Source: Candidatus Aenigmatarchaeota archaeon (GTDB lineage Archaea > Aenigmatarchaeota > Aenigmatarchaeia > Aenigmatarchaeales > Aenigmatarchaeaceae). From it: a DNA stretch of 58,086 nucleotides. Of this stretch, positions 20,424 to 27,989 are shown in pieces (the first letter of the stretch is position 1; each line of letters starts with the position of its first letter). The DNA lies in assembly GCA_046760145.1 (NCBI GenBank), contig JBHIDO010000002.1, positions 1-58,086 of the forward strand, read 5' to 3'. The notes beneath the pieces were generated by a model that saw only the letters and a program-made list of their open reading frames with translations, was not told the origin of the DNA and made no database searches. The translations under genes were made by a program, and so were the position numbers.

Positions 20424-21752
20424 TTATTTAAAACCTTTAAATCTTTTAGCTAATTTGGCAAACATTCCTCTTTTGCTAGTAACCATTTTCATCATCCTCT
20501 TCATTTGTTTATAATTCTTTAGTAATTCTCTAACTTCTGACTCATTTGTTCCAGAACCCTTAGCAATTCTTTTTATTCTAGAAGGGTTTATAATATCTGG
20601 ATTCTCTTTTTCTTCCTTTGTCATGGACTCTATAATAAATTTCCATTTTTTCATTTTAGATTCTTGTTTAGAAATATCAAATTTCTTTGGTAATTTAATC
20701 ATACCCATTCCAGGCATCATATCAAGAACATTTTTTAATGATCCCATTTTACCCATTCCCTTTAATTGTTCATAAAAATCATCCATTGTAAATTTTCCTG
20801 TTGTTATTCTTTCTGCAACTTTCTTAGCTTTTTCTGGTTTAATAGCTTCTTTTGCTTTTTCTAGTAATGATTGCAAATCTCCAAACCCAATTAATCTTGA
20901 AATAAATCTTTCAGGGTCAAAAATTTCTAATGCTTCAATTTTTTCTCCTGTTCCGATAAATTTAACTGGAGCCCCTGTAACTGCGCAAGCTGTTAATGCT
21001 CCACCTCCTTTAGCGGTTCCATCCATTTTTGTTAAGAATATACCGGTTATTCCTACTAATCTATTAAATTCTTTTGCTTGTGTACCTGCTGCTTGTCCCA
21101 AATCAGCTGGTATTGTTAGTAAAACTTCATCTGATTTTATAAATTCTCCTAATTTTTTTAATTCATTTGCTAATTCTTTATCTAATGCATCTCTTCCTGC
21201 AGAATCGAATATCAAAATATCATATTTTTTGAATTTTTCAATTCCATTTTTTGCAATCTCTAATGGATCTTTAATTTCTCTAGAAATATAATATGGAATG
21301 TTATTTTTCTTTGCTAATTGCTCTATTTGATCCATGGCAGCTGGTCTGTGAATATCACAACCAATAATTGCTGGTCTTAGCCCCCCTTTCTGATAATATT
21401 TTGATAACTTTGCGATAGAGGTTGTTTTGCCTGACCCAAACAAACCTATAAATAAGATTTTTCCTGGTTTCATTATTATTTCAGGTTTTTTTCCAACAAA
21501 TTTTACTAGTTCATCATAAACGATTTTAACTAGATGTTCTTTTGGCGTCATACCAGCAGGAGGTTTTTCATTTAATGCTCTATTTTTTATTCTTTCTATT
21601 AGTTGTTTAGCCAGTTCAACATTAACGTCTGCAGCTAACAAAGTTCTTTGCATATCATTTCCTAGCTCTTCAACTACCTCTTTATCAATATAACCTGCTT
21701 TGGTTATTTTCCTTAATGCTTTTTTTAAACCTGAAGATAATTTTTCAAGCAT
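20424..21752 (-). CDS. srp54: Signal recognition particle protein SRP54
   Basis: GLFGSGKTTS, DSAGR, TKMDGTAKGG, and a Met-rich M domain. Confidence 0.95.
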   Translation of the reverse strand: MLEKLSSGLKKALRKITKAGYIDKEVVEELGNDMQRTLLAADVNVELAKQLIERIKNRALNEKPPAGMTPKEHLVKIVYDELVKFVGKKPEIIMKPGKILFIGLFGSGKTTSIAKLSKYYQKGGLRPAIIGCDIHRPAAMDQIEQLAKKNNIPYYISREIKDPLEIAKNGIEKFKKYDILIFDSAGRDALDKELANELKKLGEFIKSDEVLLTIPADLGQAAGTQAKEFNRLVGITGIFLTKMDGTAKGGGALTACAVTGAPVKFIGTGEKIEALEIFDPERFISRLIGFGDLQSLLEKAKEAIKPEKAKKVAERITTGKFTMDDFYEQLKGMGKMGSLKNVLDMMPGMGMIKLPKKFDISKQESKMKKWKFIIESMTKEEKENPDIINPSRIKRIAKGSGTNESEVRELLKNYKQMKRMMKMVTSKRGMFAKLAKRFKGFK

Positions 21753-21789
21753 AGAAAGAGTTTAATTTTTAATGTTTTTAAATATTATT

Positions 21790-22266
21790 ATGAAAGTTGT
21801 TGGAATTGATTTAGCTGGAAAACCTAAAAATCCAACTGGTTTCTGTTTATTAACAAAGCATGGAGCTGAAACCAAGGTATTATACACAGACCTTGATATT
21901 TTAAAGGAAATTGAAAATATTAAACCCAAATGTATAGCAATTGATGGACCATTCTGGTCTCCTAGGATTGGTGCATGGAGACCTTGTGATGAAAAATTAT
22001 TAAAAAGAGGTTTCAGACCTCTTTCTCCTTTATTACCAACAATGAAATTGTTAACAATGAGAGCTTCTCATTTAATGAGAGTTTTAAAGGAAAGAAAGTA
22101 TAAAGTAATAGAAGTTTTTCCGCAAGCAACTGAAAGAATTCTAGGACTAACAAAAGAACCAAGAAAAAATGAACATGAATATGATGCATTATTATGTGCA
22201 CTAACAGCTAAGGCTTATTTAGAAGGAAAATATGAGAATCTGGACGGAATCATAATACCGAAATAA
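21790..22266 (+). CDS. DUF429-like predicted RNase H-fold protein
   Basis: MKVVGIDLAGKPKNPTGFCLL N-terminus; assignment from motif memory only. Confidence 0.45.
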   Translation: MKVVGIDLAGKPKNPTGFCLLTKHGAETKVLYTDLDILKEIENIKPKCIAIDGPFWSPRIGAWRPCDEKLLKRGFRPLSPLLPTMKLLTMRASHLMRVLKERKYKVIEVFPQATERILGLTKEPRKNEHEYDALLCALTAKAYLEGKYENLDGIIIPK

Positions 22267-22296
22267 ATATAAAGTTATTAATGCAATTGAAATTCT

Positions 22297-22584
22297 ATGA
22301 AAGATAAAATTATAAAGTTATTAATAAAAACATTGAAAGAATGTAATTCTATTTGTGAAGATTGTAACTATAAAAAAGGGAGTATTCTTTCTTATGAATG
22401 TGAGCTAGGAATAAGAACAGTAGAGAAAGTAAAATCTGAAAAAGAAATAACTCATAATACAATTACTAATTTTAATTATGGTACGTATTATGTGAACAGT
22501 TTATATGATGCATCAAAAGAAATTAATCCTATAGGTGTACAAGCTAACATTAGAAATTTAATAAGATTAGCAAAATCATTATAA
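22297..22584 (+). CDS. Hypothetical Cys-containing protein
   Basis: 95 aa, CNSICEDCNYKKGSILSYEC; no recognised family. Confidence 0.4.
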   Translation: MKDKIIKLLIKTLKECNSICEDCNYKKGSILSYECELGIRTVEKVKSEKEITHNTITNFNYGTYYVNSLYDASKEINPIGVQANIRNLIRLAKSL

Positions 22585-23640
22585 TAAGTTCTTAACAACT
22601 TTATCAGCATTAAATTTCTCTAAATCATCATAACCTTGACCAACTCCTAAATATAACAAAGGTTTTTTTATTGTATAGGCAGCAGAAATAGCTGCTCCAC
22701 CTTTTTCATATACATCTACCTTTGTTATTATTAATCCATCAACTCCAACTGCGTCATTAAACATTTTACATTGGTCATAAATATCATTTCCAGTTAGTGC
22801 ATCCAAAACAAGAATCTTCAAATCAGGTTTATTAACTCTTATTATTTTCTTTAATTCATCCATAAGATTTATGTTGGTATGAGATCTTCCAGCTGTATCA
22901 GCCAATATAACATCAATGTCCTTTGCCTCTGCATGTTTAACTGCATCAAAAACAACTGCTGCAGGATCAGCCAGATATTTTTGTTTAATAACCTCTATTC
23001 CTAACTTCCTTCCATGTTCTTCTAGTTGTTCAATACTTGCAGCTCTCCATGTATCAGCTGCAGCAAAAACACATTTTAAATTATTTTTATTTAGTAATTT
23101 CCCAATTCTAGCAATAGTTGTGGTTTTACCAGATCCATTAAAACCTAAAAATACTATCAAAAATGGTTTTTTTGATTTAACCTTTTTTAAGAAATCATAT
23201 CCATCTACGTTCAAAATTTCTGTTATTGATTTTTTAAATGAATTATTAATTATTTTTTCAATTTCCCTTCTCTTTACAGATTTTCCTATTAATTCTTTTT
23301 TTAAATCTTTAATTATTTTTTCTGCAACTTCAACTGCAACATCTGACTGAATTAAAGAAATTTCTAAATCTTTCATAACTTCATTCAAGTCTTCGTCTTT
23401 CAATTCTTTTTCTGTAATAGCTTTTTTTATTTTTCTAATTAAACCCTTTTTCTTCTCTGGTTTTTTCTTTACCTCTTTAATTTCTTCCTTCAACTTAGGT
23501 TCTATTTTCTCAATTTCTTCAGGAATTTTATCTTCTTTTATTTCTTTTTCGATCTTTTCTATAACTTCTTCTTTTTTCTTAGCTACATTTTTTATTTTAT
23601 TAACACTTTCTTTTAGTTTCTTCTTTAAGAATCCAAACAT
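22579..23640 (-). CDS. ftsY: Signal recognition particle receptor FtsY
   Basis: GFNGSGKTTT, DTAGR, TKVDVYEKGGAA, and a K/E-rich N-terminal region. Confidence 0.93.
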   Translation of the reverse strand: MFGFLKKKLKESVNKIKNVAKKKEEVIEKIEKEIKEDKIPEEIEKIEPKLKEEIKEVKKKPEKKKGLIRKIKKAITEKELKDEDLNEVMKDLEISLIQSDVAVEVAEKIIKDLKKELIGKSVKRREIEKIINNSFKKSITEILNVDGYDFLKKVKSKKPFLIVFLGFNGSGKTTTIARIGKLLNKNNLKCVFAAADTWRAASIEQLEEHGRKLGIEVIKQKYLADPAAVVFDAVKHAEAKDIDVILADTAGRSHTNINLMDELKKIIRVNKPDLKILVLDALTGNDIYDQCKMFNDAVGVDGLIITKVDVYEKGGAAISAAYTIKKPLLYLGVGQGYDDLEKFNADKVVKNLL

Positions 23641-23644
23641 TTTA

Positions 23645-24037
23645 TCACTTTTGTACTTCTAATTCTATTTTTCTCATTTGATCAATTATTATTTGTGCTT
23701 GATTAGAAAGATCATCAAGAACATTTTCCACTTCATTTATTTTCTTTTCCAGAATTTCAATTGCATCTTTTCTTTTTTTCTTTATTGCAACCCCACTACC
23801 AATTCCAACTATAATATTATTACTATCTAATATTCTTCCAAAAACAAAGTTGCCACTACCAATTGGAATCAATGCATCACTGGGTTTAATATTCTTTAAT
23901 TCTTCTGTTGCAAGTTTTGTACTCCTTAATTCTTCTAGCCTTCTTGTTATTAATGTTTCTCTTTCTTGAATTATTCTTAAATTATTTTGTAACATTTGAT
24001 GTTGTATTACTTTCTTCTCCATTTCTTCCTTTTTCAT
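23645..24037 (-). CDS. pfdA: Prefoldin subunit alpha
   Basis: Coiled coil, then a beta hairpin (LIPIGSGNFVFGRI...VGIGSGVAIKK), then coiled coil. It has the conserved neighbourhood with ftsY and aIF6. Confidence 0.8.
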   Translation of the reverse strand: MKKEEMEKKVIQHQMLQNNLRIIQERETLITRRLEELRSTKLATEELKNIKPSDALIPIGSGNFVFGRILDSNNIIVGIGSGVAIKKKRKDAIEILEKKINEVENVLDDLSNQAQIIIDQMRKIELEVQK

Positions 24038-24690
24038 TTAAACACCTCATCTATCCTTCCTAATTCTGGACCTGTAGTCTGTTCTGAAAAAATAATTCCT
24101 TTGTTATTAACTATTATTCCAGACTTTACAAAAGGACTTCCATAATTTACAGTTCCTATATCAACTTTTACATTTAAAAGTTCTTCTATTTTTCGAATCT
24201 CATCTTTCTTTGAATTCATATGACATAAACAACCTTTATTATTAGCAATAGCAGTTGAACCAACTATTTCTAAACCAGCTATTGTCCCTGTTACTATTTC
24301 ACAATTTAAAACATCTTTTATTTGTTTTTTGAATTTTTTCAAATTCTTTGATATCAAACAACCATAATCATTGCATAATATTAAATTTCCCAAAGCAGTT
24401 TTTCTTGAATTAATTATTTCGAAATTTAAATCTAGTTTTTTCAAATTTCTAATTTCTTGTTTTTCGATTATTTTAGGTAATAAGATGCCATTTTTATTAC
24501 CAGTAGAAAATATTCCAACCAATTCTGTTCCAGCTATTTTTATTATTTTTATTTTTACATTTAGAGTATGTTTTATTTTTTTTAATATTTTTTTACTAGG
24601 TTCTAAACCTAACAAACAATATTTATCAGTAGAAAAACCATACAAACCAATATTTGGGTCTCCGTAAAAACTTGTTTTAAGGAATTTCAT
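24034..24690 (-). CDS. eif6: Translation initiation factor 6 (aIF6)
   Basis: Pentein repeats, FYGDPNIGLYGFSTDKYCLLG, 218 aa. Confidence 0.9.
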   Translation of the reverse strand: MKFLKTSFYGDPNIGLYGFSTDKYCLLGLEPSKKILKKIKHTLNVKIKIIKIAGTELVGIFSTGNKNGILLPKIIEKQEIRNLKKLDLNFEIINSRKTALGNLILCNDYGCLISKNLKKFKKQIKDVLNCEIVTGTIAGLEIVGSTAIANNKGCLCHMNSKKDEIRKIEELLNVKVDIGTVNYGSPFVKSGIIVNNKGIIFSEQTTGPELGRIDEVFK

Positions 24691-24721
24691 GATTTTTATT
24701 GATTAAATAAGAACTTAAAGT

Positions 24722-25201
24722 TTACACAGGATGTTCAGGAGTTTCTTTTTTAATTTCGGTTTTATCTTCTTTAATCTCTTTTTCTATTTCTTCTTTTGGT
24801 TCTGGTTCCTTCTTTTTTCCTGATTCTTCTTCTAATTCTTCTTGAATTGTCATTTTTCTTCTTTCCTTTCTTTCTTTTTTTATTTTCTCTTTTCTTGCTT
24901 TTTTCTTTTTCTCTTTCTTCTTTAATTCTTTTTTAGAAGGAGTTACAATATCAACTCCAATTAGTTCAGCATAAACAATATCTTCTTCTTTTATTGCATG
25001 AATTCTTATTTTTCTTGGAGGTTTTTTTGCTCCTCTTTTCCAAATATTTTCATTAATAGATTTTCCAATTTTAATTTTTTCAGCTTTCATATGCCTTTTC
25101 AAATAATTTCTAACAATATTTGCAGCTTTTTTCGATCTTCTTATTCTTTGTTTTCCATAAGCATCTCTTAACGGAATGTTAAAAATTCTTTCTTCTGGCA
25201 T
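24722..25201 (-). CDS. rpl31e: 50S ribosomal protein L31e with a roughly 70-aa K/E-rich C-terminal extension
   Basis: ERIFNIPLRDAY...INENIWKRGAKKPPRKIRIHA core, followed by a low-complexity KKELKKKEKKKKARKEKIKKERKERRK...EPKEEIEKEIKEDK tail. Confidence 0.85.
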   Translation of the reverse strand: MPEERIFNIPLRDAYGKQRIRRSKKAANIVRNYLKRHMKAEKIKIGKSINENIWKRGAKKPPRKIRIHAIKEEDIVYAELIGVDIVTPSKKELKKKEKKKKARKEKIKKERKERRKMTIQEELEEESGKKKEPEPKEEIEKEIKEDKTEIKKETPEHPV

Positions 25202-25205
25202 AAGA

Positions 25206-25406
25206 TCATCTCTGAGTTTCTATGAACCTCTCTATTGATCTGTCAAATGTTTTTTCTACATCTTTAGGAAAAAAACACGCTGGTAATTCTCCTCTTTTCC
25301 AATGAGACTTAATACATTCACAACATATACCCTTTTTTGAGCAAGGTTCGTATGTACATGGGCAGTTTTGCTTATTTATCTCAATGTTAGAACAAGGTTT
25401 TCTCAT
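25206..25406 (-). CDS. Small Cys-rich protein (8 Cys + His), unknown function
   Basis: [46 protein letters not shown]. The start is moved to the ATG at 25406, which overlaps the L39e stop (ATGA). Confidence 0.55.
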   Translation of the reverse strand: MRKPCSNIEINKQNCPCTYEPCSKKGICCECIKSHWKRGELPACFFPKDVEKTFDRSIERFIETQR

Positions 25407-25564
25407 TTTTTCAACCTTCCTCTTCTCCAATTCTTTGTTCTATGAACTTGAATTCTTCTTGTTCTTGCACGTTTTCCATATCTTTTAAGATCAGCCCATC
25501 TAGGAGCTCTCTTCTTTTTTGAAGCCTTTATTAATCTTAACTTTTTAGGTAATTTTTTAGGCAT
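25403..25564 (-). CDS. rpl39e: 50S ribosomal protein L39e (53 aa; missing from the ORF track)
   Basis: Manual translation gives [53 protein letters not shown]. It has the conserved position upstream of L31e. Confidence 0.85.
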   Translation of the reverse strand: MPKKLPKKLRLIKASKKKRAPRWADLKRYGKRARTRRIQVHRTKNWRRGRLKK

Positions 25565-25568
25565 CTAA

Positions 25569-25823
25569 TCACTTTCTTTTTATTTTTGTTTTTCTCTTTT
25601 TAGGAATTAAAAGGTTTAATATCTGTTTTAATTTTTTATCATCAATTACCTTTTTTAATTGACCTGATTGATGAAGTTGAATCAAATACATTTCCAATTG
25701 TGAAGCAATTATAGGATTTACCATTTTAATTCTTCCTAATCTTTCGTAAGCTTTTTTTGATAAAATTTTTCCTAAAATTTTCTTTTTTTCATTTTCTAAT
25801 TCTATCATGTCTGGTTCTGTCAT
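25569..25823 (-). CDS. PDCD5-like dsDNA-binding protein
   Basis: ILSKKAYERLGRIKMVNP..A.QLE.YLIQL.QSGQL; conserved neighbour of S19e. Confidence 0.75.
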   Translation of the reverse strand: MTEPDMIELENEKKKILGKILSKKAYERLGRIKMVNPIIASQLEMYLIQLHQSGQLKKVIDDKKLKQILNLLIPKKRKTKIKRK

Positions 25824-26236
25824 TTAATCAACTTATCAACAAATCTTTGACCTTGAGGTGTTATTTTTCTTCCCTTTCTTGGTTTTTCAACCTTTTCGAT
25901 ATATCCTGCTGCTTCTAATTGTTGCAATATTAATCTTATTATTTTTCCACCAGCTTTTCTATGATGAGCAGGTTTATGACCCCTTCTCTTTCTTGATCCA
26001 AATGCTGTTCTAAGTCTTTGAACACCTATTGGACCTTTTAAGTAAATTTTTCTTAAAATTGCTGCTGACCTCATATACCACCAGTCTTTTTGAATAGGAG
26101 GTTTTTCTGCATTTACTCCTGTTTTCACAAATCTAGACCAATCTGGAGGTTTTATATTTTCATTTTTCTTTAATTCTTCTGATAATTTCTTTATTAATTC
26201 TGATGGTGGGATATCTCGCATTTTATCACATAACAC
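25820..26236 (-). CDS. rps19e: 30S ribosomal protein S19e
   Basis: PDWSRFVKTGVNAEKPPIQKDWWYMRSAAILRKIYL...GGKIIR.ILQQLE.AGY. Confidence 0.92.
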   Translation of the reverse strand: MLCDKMRDIPPSELIKKLSEELKKNENIKPPDWSRFVKTGVNAEKPPIQKDWWYMRSAAILRKIYLKGPIGVQRLRTAFGSRKRRGHKPAHHRKAGGKIIRLILQQLEAAGYIEKVEKPRKGRKITPQGQRFVDKLIK

Positions 26237-26244
26237 TTTGTTAT

Positions 26245-26406
26245 TTAAATATTTAATCTATACTTCTTTACTATTTTATTTATTAATTCTTTATATCTTT
26301 TAGAATACTTAGGGTATTTCTTAATCATTTTCTTTAAAATTTCTATTCTTTCCTTTGCTATTTTGATTTGTTGATTTCTAATTTGTAGCCTTTTTTTGTA
26401 TTTCAT
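26245..26406 (-). CDS. RNase P protein component Rpp21-like, N-terminal helical domain only (53 aa, no zinc ribbon)
   Basis: IAKERIEIL....YPKYSKRYKELINKIVKKYRLNI resembles the two N-terminal helices of archaeal Rpp21. The ORF stops before the CxxC ribbon would begin. The start is trimmed to 26406 because 26416-26448 is tRNA. Confidence 0.5.
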   Translation of the reverse strand: MKYKKRLQIRNQQIKIAKERIEILKKMIKKYPKYSKRYKELINKIVKKYRLNI

Positions 26407-26453
26407 AAAAACACTTGGTGCGGCCGCTGGGATTTGAACCCAGGTCATCAGCT

Positions 26454-26467
26454 TTCTTCATAGTCTA
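26454..26467 (-). other. tRNA-Gly intron 2 (14 nt, canonical 37/38)
   Basis: TAGACTATGAAGAA. The central helix pairs CTTC (positions 32-35) with GAAG, and the bulges are CA|T and AA|A. Confidence 0.8.
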
Positions 26468-26475
26468 TGGAAGGC

Positions 26476-26492
26476 TTACCCACATAAATGTT
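26476..26492 (-). other. tRNA-Gly intron 1 (17 nt, position 29/30)
   Basis: AACATTTATGTGGGTAA. The central helix pairs ACCT with GGGT, the bulges are CA|A and AA|G, and 3-bp helices lie on both sides. Confidence 0.8.
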
Positions 26493-26508
26493 TGAGGTCC
26501 TAACCAGA

Positions 26509-27360
26509 CTAGACTACGGCCGCATTATCAAATAATTTCAATAGTTTCTCTATTTCTTGATTATTGAACATTGCTAGTGCCCAAGAGTTCATAGTTCTAT
26601 CTGGATATATTTTAGCTTTGATATTTGCCTTATTTAAGATATCAAGAACGTCCTTTAAAAGTATTTTAGTACTCTGTTTTATTGCTAGTGTTCTTCTACC
26701 ATCTTTACGCATACTTAATGAACCATCAGAATCGTAAAGACCACGTATAAAATTTATCTGAAGTAATAGTGGAGCATCTTTTATAATTTTCGGAACTCGT
26801 ATATTATTCTTTTTCTTTCCTTCTGGTAAATCAAATACATACATCAAAAATTGTTTAATAGGAATTGAGGTAAAGGATAGAACAGAATAATTCCTGTAGT
26901 TTATAATTTTAGATTCAACATTGAAGGTATTATCAACTATAGTTTTTATTACTCTTAAATCTTTACTTGATATTGTAATAGTAGCTCTTTCAGTTGTAAT
27001 TCCACCATCACCAATAATAACACCTATTAAGTAAGCTAATTTATTATTTAATCTTCTTGGTAATTGTATTATTTTACCATTTCTAGAAGAAAATCCACTC
27101 ATTATTTTGTATGCTTCATCAATATATTTTGTATTTGATAGTCTTTTACATAAATAAATAAAATTTCTAATTGAAATTGGAGTAGATTTCTTCCATTTGT
27201 AAATAAGTGATTTATGTACACTAAGTTCTTTAGATAAATCTGAAATAGAAATTTTTAACTTTAACATTTCTAAGATTTCAGAAACTAGAGATGTTATCCC
27301 ATGAATGTAAATATTTTGATTTGTTTTTCCTAGTTTTATTAAATAATTTCTTATTTCCAT
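26509..27360 (-). CDS. LAGLIDADG homing endonuclease-like protein with an N-terminal HTH extension
   Basis: HTH-like ISISDLSKELSVHKSLIYKWKK; motif 1 LIGVIIGDGGI; motif 2 FIRGLYDSDGSL. The last 5 codons and the TAG (GCG GCC GTA GTC TAG) are positions 1-15 of tRNA-Gly. Confidence 0.85.
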   Translation of the reverse strand: MEIRNYLIKLGKTNQNIYIHGITSLVSEILEMLKLKISISDLSKELSVHKSLIYKWKKSTPISIRNFIYLCKRLSNTKYIDEAYKIMSGFSSRNGKIIQLPRRLNNKLAYLIGVIIGDGGITTERATITISSKDLRVIKTIVDNTFNVESKIINYRNYSVLSFTSIPIKQFLMYVFDLPEGKKKNNIRVPKIIKDAPLLLQINFIRGLYDSDGSLSMRKDGRRTLAIKQSTKILLKDVLDILNKANIKAKIYPDRTMNSWALAMFNNQEIEKLLKLFDNAAVV

Positions 27361-27406
27361 AATAATTCACCTAGACTGGTGCATAAGATAATTAAACTAG
27401 AATTAT

Positions 27407-27802
27407 TTAAAAAGACTCTCTTATTTTTCTAGCAATATTTTTCATTTCTTCATCAGATAATTTTTTAACATTCTCTACATTAATTGATCCTCCATGTCCA
27501 TCATTCGAAAATCTAGGAACTAACCAAATATGTGCATGTTCTACTTCTTCTCCAAATATCATCGAAACAACCCATTCTGTATTAAAAGCTTTCCTAATTG
27601 CATTTGCAATTTTACTTACAACTTCGAAATATTCTCCAACATTTGGTACATCCCAAACCCATCTATAATGCTTTTTTGGAATAACCATTGTGTGTCCTGG
27701 ATTTAATGGTCTTATATCTAGAAATGCTAAAAAATTATCACTCTCATAAACTTTATAACTAGGTATTTCTCCCTTTACAATTTTACAAAATATACAATTC
27801 AT
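27407..27802 (-). CDS. HIT family (histidine triad) nucleotide hydrolase
   Basis: CIFCKIV N-terminus, FLDIRPLNPGHTMVIPKKH, and the HAHIWLVPR histidine triad. The start is trimmed to 27802 because the upstream part of the ORF is tRNA-Trp. Confidence 0.9.
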   Translation of the reverse strand: MNCIFCKIVKGEIPSYKVYESDNFLAFLDIRPLNPGHTMVIPKKHYRWVWDVPNVGEYFEVVSKIANAIRKAFNTEWVVSMIFGEEVEHAHIWLVPRFSNDGHGGSINVENVKKLSDEEMKNIARKIRESF

Positions 27803-27851
27803 GTTATCACCAATGGTGGGGTCGCCCGGATTCGAACCGGGATCAGCTGGT

Positions 27852-27918
27852 ATCACCATGGCACCAGAGCCACATACCAACTTTTTTATCATCTTTTCAT
27901 CAAAGCTCCAGCAAAATT
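27852..27918 (-). other. tRNA-Trp intron 2 (67 nt, 37/38)
   Basis: A near-canonical BHB. CTCC (32-35) pairs with GGTG with one T-T mismatch, and the bulges are AG|A and AT|A. It contains a perfect TGATGA. Confidence 0.6.
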
Positions 27919-27953
27919 CTGGAGCCAGCCATCTTAACCTGGTTGGACCACGA

Positions 27954-27971
27954 TTCTGGTTTTAAAAAAAT
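27954..27971 (-). other. tRNA-Trp intron 1 (18 nt, position 4/5 in the acceptor stem)
   Basis: ATTTTTTTAAAACCAGAA. The central helix pairs CTGG with CCAG, and the bulges are GG|A and AA|T. The inner helix pairs TTTT with AAAA. A 7-bp outer helix pairs leader GACCATG (27978-27984) with CGTGGTC (27946-27952). Confidence 0.8.
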
Positions 27972-27989
27972 CCCCAGCATGGTCGCCCT

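Larger units (their letters stand above)
26416..26523 (-). tRNA. tRNA-Gly(UCC) with two BHB introns (29/30 and 37/38); CCA encoded
   Basis: The spliced form is GCGGCCG TA GTCT AGTCTGGTTA GGAC C TCAGC CTTCCAA GCTGA TGAC CTGGG TTCAAAT CCCAG CGGCCGC A CCA. Confidence 0.85.
27814..27975 (-). tRNA. tRNA-Trp(CCA) with an acceptor-stem intron (4/5) and a 67-nt intron at 37/38; CCA encoded
   Basis: The spliced form is GGGG|TCG TG GTCC AACCAGGTTA AGAT G GCTGG CTCCAGA CCAGC TGAT CCCGG TTCGAAT CCGGG CGACCCC A CCA. Confidence 0.8.

Noticed and set aside
27361-27406. AGTCTAG and TCTAGT matches to the tRNA-Gly D-arm in the spacer upstream of the 26509-27360 endonuclease gene. These could be a second insertion footprint like the one at tRNA-Trp.
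   Set aside because: The matches are only 6-7 nt, and one overlaps the GGTGA Shine-Dalgarno of the ORF. That is too short to distinguish from chance without comparative data.
27803-27892. N-terminal extensions of track ORFs that run through tRNA genes. These are 27803-27892 of the HIT ORF, 26407-26448 of the Rpp21-like ORF, 33625-33684 of the 85-aa ORF and 6865-6909 of the membrane ORF.
   Set aside because: The extensions translate tRNA sequence (for example GSNPGDP from a T-arm). Each ORF has an internal ATG just downstream of the tRNA 3' end, in most cases with a GTGAT-type SD.
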